A stretch of DNA of 64,000 nucleotides from Octopus sinensis. Its lineage: Eukaryota. The notes under the pieces are model-generated. The model saw nothing but the letters and a program-made list of their open reading frames with translations, had not been told where the DNA came from and searched no databases. The stretch is from the NCBI RefSeq assembly GCF_006345805.1, contig NC_043003.1:44206001-44270000 (forward strand), written 5' to 3'. Each line of letters begins with the position of its first letter. Within the stretch, counting starts at the first letter, position 1. The position numbers and the translations under genes were made by a program. Below are positions 54,093 through 64,000 of this stretch, one piece after another.

Positions 54093-54611
54093 AGCATTTT
54101 CTTCCTTGACTTTTTTGCCATATATATCAACTCGTGTGTTTTCAACCTTCTACGCACGCACGCACACACACACACACACACACATATTATGTATAATCAT
54201 TGCCCTTCATGCCAACGGTGTGGAATATCCCCATGCAAGAGAGCATCTGTAGATTTACGTTTACGCACGTAGTTGTCACATGTCATACAAATCGTTGCTT
54301 TAATATTTCATGAAAGTATAGAAATGCACTTGTTTTAGTCTTTGGGGGATAATTTGATAGCATATAACAGGAGTTATACTAACAGCTAGATTTTAGAGAC
54401 ATACTAGGTAATTTCAGCCATATAAAAATATTCTAGTTTCTCTATTTCTGCGATATAATAACACTTCGCAAATATATATATAAATGTTATTACTTACGAT
54501 GAAAACCATGTCAAATAGATAACACTCGAAATAAAAACTACACTAGATTACTTCAACCCTACAAGTTAATAATTATTTCAAATGTTTGCCACAAGGGCAA
54601 ACATTTGAAAT

Positions 54612-54742
54612 AATTTATCGACCCCGCAAATACGAAAGATACAGTCAATGCCGGCGGAATTTGAACTCAGAACGTGGGGACGGGCGAAATACCGCTAAGC
54701 ATTTCGTCTAACGCGATAATGATTCTGCCAGCTAACAGCCTT
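54612..54742 (-). mobile_element. SINE fragment (family of 35447)
   Basis: tttatcgacccc..cggcggaatttgaactcagaacgt..cgaaataccgctaagcatttcg..gattctgccagct. Confidence 0.85.
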
Positions 54743-54874
54743 TCCATGTAAATTAATATTAATCTTAGAAAGGCTTGTCATAAACAAAATAATTATAGAA
54801 ATATATATTGCGCATACTTTGCTTGATTTCGTATAATGTTATTGTGTGCATGCAGATTATTTGGATCTTCAAAA

Positions 54875-56031
54875 GCCACACGGACAGAAGCCCCATAACT
54901 AAAGTGTGAAAGTAGAAAAAAGTTCCTCGGGCAAAAATCCTACGGCTATATTTTTCGGTTATCTAAGGGTTTCCTTGTTTTTGACTTGTTGCAGTCATTA
55001 GACTGTGGCCACGCTAGGACACCATCATGAGGAACTTTTAGTCGAATTCATCAGACTCATACATTTTTTAATGATTTCCATCCAGCGGATGAAGTTAAGC
55101 CTACAAGGTATCTTCACAGGGTAGAAATAACAGCCAAATCTCTTGAATTTTTTATAACCAGTTCAGTTATCTTCTTCAGTTATTCTTAGATCTTTCTTTA
55201 TTTTCTAAAAACTTTTTAGTTGTTTCTCTCGTTGGACTACGGCCATGTTGGGGCACCGCCTTGAGGAATATTTAGTCGAATGTATTGCACCCATAATCTG
55301 TCTTCGGTGATTTTCAACCAGCACATGAAGTTAAGCCTAGAATGTTTCTCCACATGCTAGAATTAATAGCCAAATCTTCAAAAATAATTTTCTTATAATT
55401 TCACGTTAACAAAAACGGGAATCGTGGGTGTAAAAAGGGAATTTATTTTCCAAAATTTCAATTTTGAAGTAATCAAAATGTATTCAATCGAAAATAAATA
55501 AGTTGAATAGAGTATCAGAATACAAGACTCTTTACAACCTCAATGTACATATTGTGTGAATTCCAACAAAAAACAAGAGCATTTATCTCAAGAAATGTGT
55601 AGAAACATAAAAACGATACGAAGTACGTTTGAATAACTAACCTGCGGTGCCATAATTCTATTAGACTTCCCACGGCTAGAGAAAGTTCAAATGGTCATTT
55701 CATTCTCATTAATTTGTAAGAGCTGGAAGAAGGAAAAAAAAGACATTAAATTTGAATTTTAAAGTGCTGATTTTTCTGCGACTAAAAACTATTCAAGGCG
55801 GTGCCCACCATGCGCGTACTCTAATAACTGCAATAAGTAATTTCTTTTAATCCTGGCGTCGATGCAATCGACTTAAAATTCTTCAAGGTGTTGTCCAAGC
55901 ATGGCTGCAGTCTAATAACTGCAACAAGTAACAGGTGAAAAAAACATCAAACAAAAAGATAACTGAAAAATATAACTTTTGGTATTTTGTTCACTTTAAC
56001 ACTTTAACTATGGGGCTTTTCTGCGTGGGTC
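54875..56031. mobile_element. Non-autonomous foldback/MITE-like element with about 180-bp imperfect TIRs that include SINE tails
   Basis: 54875-55055 is an imperfect reverse complement of 55852-56031 (aagccccata..taaagtg..tatatttttc.gttatct..acttgttgcagt.attagactg). No coding capacity inside. Confidence 0.7.
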
Positions 56032-56049
56032 TTTTTTCCTGTGTCGCAT

Positions 56050-56205
56050 TTTGCCTACACTCGTTGGACTCATGACCGTAAGAGTATGGTTTCGATTCAT
56101 GGACCGGGTGCTACGTTGTGTTCTTTAGCAAGACACCTCCATTTATTTTGCTTCAGTCCACTCAAATGGCAACAATGAATAATCATGCAACGGACCGGCA
56201 TTCAA
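56050..56205 (+). mobile_element. Degenerate SINE head
   Basis: ggactcatgaccgtaagagtatggtttcgattc..gttgtgttctttagcaagacac..cagtccactca. Confidence 0.6.
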
Positions 56206-56417
56206 TTGTGAAATTAATGAAATGAATATCTTAGTGGTGTACATTTTCGTTGGAACATTTCAGGAAAAGATCTTGTACAAAGCACGCAAATTATATGGTT
56301 CACAGTTGAAGTACCGGTTGACGCGCACATCATTTTATTTGTGTCTGGGAATACATGATATACTTTATTCTATGTCGTAGGCAATTGATAATTTTATATG
56401 TATATATATATATATAT

Positions 56418-56605
56418 AGGAAGAGTTTACGAAAGAAAAAAACAAAAGACGTAGACAGGTGGTGTACAAAATAAACAAATATATTAGTTAACACTCAGGA
56501 TTAGAAAAAGTCTTTTACGATTCGAGCCTAGGCACTTCTACAGAAACGGAAACAGAAAAAACAAGGAGAGAAAAAATGTGTGTAGTGGTTAACGATCTCT
56601 CATGG
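56418..56605 (-). repeat. Dispersed repeat, copy 2 of 270-450
   Basis: Direct sequence similarity to 270-450. Confidence 0.7.
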
Positions 56606-56613
56606 CGACTCAT

Positions 56614-56666
<53 letters not shown>

Positions 56667-56801
56667 CATACGCATATACGTATATATATATATATATATA
56701 TACACATATATACGTATATATATATATATATATGAGTGTGTGTGTGTAAATACGTATAAATGTGTATATGGGTATACATGCATATATGTACATATATATA
56801 T

Positions 56802-56833
<32 letters not shown>

Positions 56834-57314
56834 GTGCGCGTGTGTGTGTAAATACGTATAAATGTGTATATGTCTATACATGCATATATGTACATATATA
56901 TATATGTATATATTTACTTACCTATTTATATACATACACCCACACAAACACAAATACCTATAAACACACACATGATCACGCATCTCTGATTTCGATTCTT
57001 TTAAGTGTATATACTATATACAGAAAGTAAAAGATATCAAAGCCGTAAATAGGTTTGAACTATACATATATTGTCTAAAATCAAACAAAATAATGTTCTG
57101 TTTTATTTTTATGCTTTCTAAACAAATGAAATGCATTTTTTGATTTTGTTTTTCATATACGCATTTCGCAACCTGTACTGAATGACACTGATACAAAATA
57201 TAGAACTCATGTCCCTAGGTGAACAATATGATACAAAGAAATTTCTTTTGATGTAAGTAACCTATTTCTGAAGCAACACCCACATAGTTTAATATGTTTT
57301 ACAACGTGTTCGTT

Positions 57315-57535
57315 ACTCTTTTACTCGTTTACTTGTTTTAGTCATTTGACTGCGGCCATGCTGGAGCACCGCCTTTAATCGAGCAACTCGACCCCGGGAC
57401 TTATTCTTTTGTAAGCCCAGTACTTATTCTATCGGTCTCTTTTGCCGAACCGCTAAGTAACGGGGACATAAACACACCAGTATCGGTTGTCAAGCAATGC
57501 TAGGGGGACAAACACAGATGCACAAACACACACAC
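57315..57535 (-). mobile_element. SINE 3' half (family of 52160), well preserved
   Basis: ttacttgttttagtcatttgactgcggccatgctggagcaccgcc..gccgaaccgctaagtaacggggac..cggttgtcaagc. Confidence 0.9.
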
Positions 57536-57800
57536 TGCCTATGTAATGATAATAATAAGAGGATGTAACCACATGAACAAAATAAGAATAAACAAAAACA
57601 ACAACAAAAGCAAAATACAAATTACATGAACGTATATAAACAGAAGATACAAATATTATAGGCATCCCCCCACATACACACACTAAATAAACATAGACGC
57701 ACATAGAGATATAAGCATGCGCAAATGAAGACTTACAATAGAAATACAAAATGGCTGACGGTTAGTAAGGAGAGACACAAATAAGAAAGAAGAAAACAAA

Positions 57801-57845
57801 GGACCACTGATGCGGTCACAGAGGTGTGACGAAAGAACTCTGGCC
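57801..57845 (+). ncRNA. Hammerhead-like motif with one core substitution (A9C)
   Basis: GGACCA [CTGATGC] g GTCAC-agaggt-GTGAC [GAAA] gaac [TC] TGGCC; stems I and II pair. Confidence 0.55.
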
Positions 57846-59469
57846 GGAATAAGATTAAGATTAAGTTAAAAATAAATAACACTGAATCAAAATAACACCA
57901 AATATATAGTGCGTGTGTTTTTAATGGCTAAACTGGCAAAATGACCATTCCGAAATATAACAATATATATATATATATATATCGTTATCTGTACATATCT
58001 TGCTATTTATTCCTACATATAATGAGTTGATATATATTACAGAGCATATATGAACATACAGTCACGTTAACTCGTACATGAGTGCATGCAAATATTAGAA
58101 GAATGATAAAGAGGGAACTACAGAAAAAGAGAGAGACAAAAAATGTTCTATTTCTTTTGACTTGTAATGAATTCAACTTACATGCGGTTATATCTGATTA
58201 GTTACTTTTCATACTATGCATATCCGTTGACTCAAAGAATCACACACACTGACAAATGAACCTACGTGTGAATGTGCCTATGTGTGAATGTATGTATACA
58301 CCCACACGCACACGTTCACTTAATCACATAATGTTCTGGCTACTGCCATACACTGTTTCGAGAAATTCTATTACTACTTGAGTTGAACAGTTTTTATACG
58401 TGTGTGTCTGTGCTTCTTTGTATGTGTGCTTGTGTGCGTGTGTGTGTGAAAGTTGGCTAGGCAGGTATTGTAACAAGATATTTCTTGAGTCTATTACATG
58501 GCAGTGAAAACTATCCATTATCCTTTCCCTGCTACTAAAACATAACAATTAACTACTTCGTATATACAAAAGGCAACCCAATTAGGTCCGAAGGTTCTGT
58601 ATTTTGATGTCTACTTCTCATGTTCCAGTCTTAATTGGCAGCATTTTGCCTCGTTATTGACTATTCACACAACATTTCAATAGTTCTGCTTTTCACACTT
58701 TGTAGCTAGTTCCCTCTTTTACCCTATGAAAATTTCTTGTAAGTTCTGACTGTGTAATTAGTTCTACAGTATAAATTTGAGACTGGTTCGTATGTTTATT
58801 TCTTAAAACATATAAGAAAGAAATGTGAAAAGAATCATAGCACTTATGCCAGCAATGTATAAATTAGCAGTATTCTTTTTTAAAGTAGACATTTTTACAT
58901 ACATGATACAAAATTTTTAACCGCAAAAGTAAGTATATCATCAACTCTTTAATGGCACATATTAAATGCTAAATGCCGTGTCACAGACCAAAGATAAGAT
59001 AAGCGGTTGTAAAAATAAATAGTTGTGAACGCAAAACACATTTGTTTTACTTCCATCTATGGCATTGTATTACGTATATCAATTTGTCTTCAAATATATC
59101 TTCAACCAAACGAAAAGAAAATGGAGTGAAATATAGCAAAATATTATTTTATAAATAGTTATTTGTTAAATTTTCATATTTCCATTTCGTATTTCACGCA
59201 AGAGCAATGTCAAAGATTGACAGTATTCAAAATAGCGTGAGATGTGATTAAACAAACGAAAATAATAGAAAACAACACCACTGGGAGGCGCAAACAACGT
59301 ATGATCCGATGTACAGCTGAGAAGTAACTGAATATTCTAATAATAGATAGTTTCTTTTAGACGTAAGTCTCCAAGGTAACGCTTATTTACTGTACACAAG
59401 TTCGAAGACACAGATAGCAATTTATCATAACAAACCATTTTGGCAAGGATGTATGGATGTGTGTGTGTA

Positions 59470-59516
<47 letters not shown>

Positions 59517-60740
59517 TTGTGTGTGTGTATGTGTGTGTGTGTTTTCTGTAATAAACAATTATTGATGTTTGTCTGAAAATAATTCCTTAGTTCAGCATGA
59601 ATTATAAAGGAGTAGATCTTACAAATTTTTTAATAGAAAAAAGTAAAAGACACCTTACTTGAAATATCATTTTTAGTTCGAACGAAGGAAAGCAAATATA
59701 AAAATTCGCGGCATTTACTTTCTTTGTTCTCTGTTTCTATTCCAGTCCAACGTTAGTTAGTGACGAGATACTCAATGAAAAAGACGATAACGAAGCTAAA
59801 TCTTTACACGATTATTTACGTATTAGGATTTATTATTAGAAGGCGTGGGACAACAGAAATCGTAGTAATGCAGTTCATCTCCTGCACTAACTTGTGATTA
59901 AATCTAGTACATTCTAGTGGTTTCGAAATCAATACAACTGAAGAGATACCATATTTCTGGAAACATCTTTCGAGAAATCTTTGATTAACGCAGCTAAAAT
60001 AAAATAAAGATAATTTTGAACAAAAATGCGATCTTTGTATGGAACCTTATTAAATATCTCTTTGTGAAATAACAACACTAGACATGAGAAGAACCAAATT
60101 ATAAGGTCAAAATTCAAGCGAGTTTGGGAAAAAATAAATTTCTATATAAGTGTAAAATGTTCATGAAGATATATCTAAAATTGATATTTATCAGAAGGGA
60201 TTGAGCAGAAATAAGCTTTAGGTTCAACTGTCATCTGTCAGGGAGCAAGAAGCATATAAGTTCTATCGTTCAGTTGGAAATAGGTAGTGAATCGTTTTGA
60301 AACTCACTCTAAGGTTTTCAATAATGAAATTCAATATTGGAAACGTAATGCGAAATATCTCTAGAACGACGAATTATTCAAGACTAAATTGTTATTAGCT
60401 CTTTCATCAACGTGAATAGTTCTTTCGCTTTCAGTTATTGAAAGTGCTGTCTGACATCCATTCACAGTTTACAAAAGTTTTGTGCGAAGAAGCTAAGACT
60501 AGTTCAAACACTAGTGATATTACACTTCTTAGTTCGTGCTTCTAGGTCTCAACAATAGCGTTTACGTTCTGTTTTCAAATTCCGCTTTCGGAGTCAATAA
60601 AAGAAGAACCAGTTGAACACTGGAATTGACTGGACCGCACTCAAGTTGCATGTTACATATGTTATATATAAATATATATACATACATATATATGTGTGTG
60701 TGTTTGTGTGTGCATGTGTGTGTATACACACACACATGCA

Positions 60741-60787
<47 letters not shown>

Positions 60788-60924
60788 TATATATATATAT
60801 ACACGTATACGTAGAATAATACTAATATTGTCTTTGTACAACCATTTATACAGATGTACGTTAATGTTAATGTTTGTATGCACATATGCACATATGTATC
60901 TTAAAATCTACCCCTCTTTCTTTC

Positions 60925-61116
60925 ATTTCCCTTCTTTTTCATTCTCTCTCTTTCTCTTTCTCTCTCTTTGTCTCTTTCTATTTCTGTATTTCTCACTTTT
61001 TCTTTCTCTCTCTCTTTCTCTCTCTGTTTCTCGCACTATCTTTCTCTCTTTATCTCTCTCTCTCTCTCTTTCTCTCTCTCTGTTTCTCCCTCTCTATCAC
61101 TCTCTTTCTCTCTCTC
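60925..61116. repeat. Imperfect (CT)n polypyrimidine tract
   Basis: About 190 bp that is almost entirely C/T. Confidence 0.9.
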
Positions 61117-61423
61117 AAAAGTTCTTGAACTAAGTACATCGTCCACTTTCTCACGTGCTAGCAGCTCTGCGTGCCCTGTTTGCAGAAAACTTACAGTAAT
61201 ATAGATCTTTCAATCTCTTATTATACAATTTACACACACACACTCACACACACACACAAATATCTATCTATCTATTTCTCTAACTATCTATCTGTCTATC
61301 CATCCATCTACGTATATATGTATTTATGTATGTATATATATTTCGCCATGGGCTCTTAGGAGCACAGTTCGATTGTTTTTTGCTCCGCCTCTGTTCTGTT
61401 TTTGTGTTTCCAACGGATTTCCT

Positions 61424-61509
61424 TTTTCTTCTGAAGAGAAAGACAAATATGGTCCCATTATTCATCGGATTTTGGTAATTTGTGCCTTTCGAAACAGTGT
61501 AGAATGAAA
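61424..61509 (+). ncRNA. Type I hammerhead ribozyme candidate with canonical core and long stem II
   Basis: ttttctt [CTGAAGA] GAAAG-ACAAAT..ATTTGT-gc-CTTTC [GAAA] cagtg [TA] gaatgaaa, then AATAAA. GUA site after 61501; stem I is imperfect. Confidence 0.65.
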
Positions 61510-61713
61510 TAAAACGATTCTGTCAATCTGCGTTCAGCTTCATTCTTCAATTCACCAATAATGTTTTAATTTCAATTATCCGCACCAACGCACGGTTGCA
61601 ACGCCAGATGGTTGTACCTCCAACCGTGCTGTTTACTGCTGTGATTTTTGCTACTAGGTATCGGTTAAAACTTTGATTAATCTACTACAAGATTATTCAT
61701 CTTTCTATTTCAC

Positions 61714-61751
<38 letters not shown>

Positions 61752-61758
61752 TAATATA

Positions 61759-61856
<98 letters not shown>

Positions 61857-61994
61857 ATATATATATATTATATATGTATATATAAGATATATATATATAT
61901 ATATAGATATATATATATAGATATATATATATATATATATTATATGTATATAATATATATATATATTATGTATAATATATATATATATTATATG

Positions 61995-62056
<62 letters not shown>

Positions 62057-62101
62057 TAAATGTATATATATAATATATATAATATAGGTAATATATAATA
62101 A

Positions 62102-62825
62102 TATACTTTGATTACTTTGATTACTTTGATAGGTTCGGCCATTATTGGCCCAGGCCATGTCTAACTTAATAGCACCACCTGGTGAAGTTTTCAAGTCAGA
62201 ATTTGGGCACTATGGCCACTCAAGTAGAGAGTTATTGTTTACAGAGACATATCCGGGTGTAGGGGGTTTTACCGGGATTTCTTGAAGGAATCTGTCAAAG
62301 ACTTCTTGAACCCTATAGGGTCAGTTTCTGTGTTAATGTGTTTTGGTGTAATGTTAAAGAGAGCGGGGCCAATTGAGGTGAAATAATTGTGCCGTATGTT
62401 GTTATGAGATGAGAGTGCGATTTTTGTTTTGGGCGGATGGCACGGGGCCAAGCCTTGGATGTACCTTAAAGGTGATGCCAACTCATTTGGGCAATGCTGA
62501 TGGAATATTTTCCACATCATGCAGATGATGTAGCGCTACACGACCGACGATTGGAGAGAATAGAGTTTTAGCTTTTCTAGTCGACCCCAATAGTCGAGGC
62601 CTGTCATGCCATCTATCTTTTTTGTGATTGCCCTTTGAGGTGCTTCGATTTTTTGATACCTTGTATTGTGTGGGGAGGACCACAGTGGACAACAGTATTC
62701 AAGGTGGGGTCGGGCAAAAGTGGAGACGAGAAGGATAATGGTGTGGATATCTCTCGACTGGAAAGTTCTGAGAATCAGGAACACATTCTGCGGGCCATGT
62801 CAACTTTGGTGTTTATATGAGTGGC
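62102..62825 (-). mobile_element. 5'-truncated CR1-type LINE 3' end with a tandem-repeat tail
   Basis: FARPHLEYCCPLWS, IEAPQRAITKKIDGM..YWGRLEKLKLYSL, IGPALFN and FKKSL; the tail is ggcc-aataat-ggcc followed by (ATCAAAGTA)x3. Confidence 0.9.
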
Positions 62826-62885
62826 CCATATATATATATATATATATTACATATACATAATATATATATTATACATATACCTATA

Positions 62886-62925
<40 letters not shown>

Positions 62926-63883
62926 ATACGTACACATACACACATGCATATATATGTGTGTATATATATATATAAATTTACATGTATAGATATAAATATA
63001 TATGTATCTATCTATCTTCCTCTCTATATGTATGTGTGTAATATATAAGTACATATATGTTATCCATGTAAACACATACACACACACACACATTTGATAA
63101 AGCATATTCAGCAAAAAAGAATATTCATTATAAACAGAATAACCGAACTGAGATACATAGGGCAACATTTTATATGTATTGCCACGCAATAAAAAATGTT
63201 TTTTCATTTATTTCAAGGGCAGTTATTTATTTCATTATGTGAGTATTGTTTGTATTTTTTATTCTTTATGTTGCAGTGTTTATTCTTATATCTTGTTTTC
63301 TATTCTACTACACTCTGAATATTCACTTATTTTCGCATCTGTTATTTCATTCCCTTAAAATATAATACGATTTCGAAAGTAATCCATTATCCTTATATAT
63401 TCATACACACATACTGAAATACACACAAACATATACATTCATACATATATACGTATGTACGTATATGCGATTTTTGTATGTGTGTTTGTGTAAATATATA
63501 TTTTCATATATTGTTTATAAATATATGTTCCATTATTCATACACGCACGGACGCATATATAGAGTGTGTATTCTGAATATTTTCTATTAAGCAAATACTA
63601 AAGTAAATGTTAACCTATGACCAAACAACATGTACCAATATTCATCATATTATATTCGTTTAATATTAGGTTGAACTTACCACTGAAAGAAAATCACATG
63701 ATTTGAAGGCAAAACTCATTTTCACTTTCACACTACTGTTAAAAAACATACATACAAAAATGTGGTACGGCCGTGCCGAAAGACAATAATGAAAGTGGAC
63801 ATATGTATTTGTATACACATATAAACACCTAATCATATATTATATATATATTATATATATACATACATAATATATATAGATAC

Positions 63884-63941
<58 letters not shown>

Positions 63942-64000
63942 TAATCATATATATATATATGCTTATATACAATATATATATATATATAGTGAGAGAGAGA

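Noticed and set aside
109-63207. Dozens of ORFs rich in YI, HT, CV, LS, N, L or Y runs
   Set aside because: They are translations of (TA)n, (CA)n, (CT)n and (TTA)n microsatellites, not genes.

Overview
AT-rich eukaryotic DNA crowded with (TA)n, (CA)n, (GA)n, (TTA)n and (TACA)n microsatellites. The SINE families present look like those of Octopus (cephalopod), which I recognise from memory and did not confirm by a search. I found no host protein-coding exon I can support; most listed ORFs are translated microsatellites. The window is a graveyard of mobile elements: maT-type, Tc1 and mariner transposase relics, a Chapaev3-like relic, a Helitron Pif1 helicase fragment, CR1/L2-type, RTE, Tx1/L1-type and R4/Dong-type LINE fragments, several tRNA-derived SINEs, and a Penelope-like GIY-YIG fragment with inverted pseudo-LTRs. 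The most interesting layer is RNA structure. About a dozen minimal type I hammerhead ribozyme motifs occur, ranging from apparently intact (41708-41747 with a U3:A8 core; 61424-61509 with a canonical core) to decayed, and several sit in short inverted-repeat cassettes. Also notable are a cluster of R4/Dong copies in (TAA)n tracts with a 792-bp tandem duplication, and a 1.15-kb foldback element whose terminal inverted repeats contain SINE tails. Boundaries were read by eye and are approximate unless stated otherwise.
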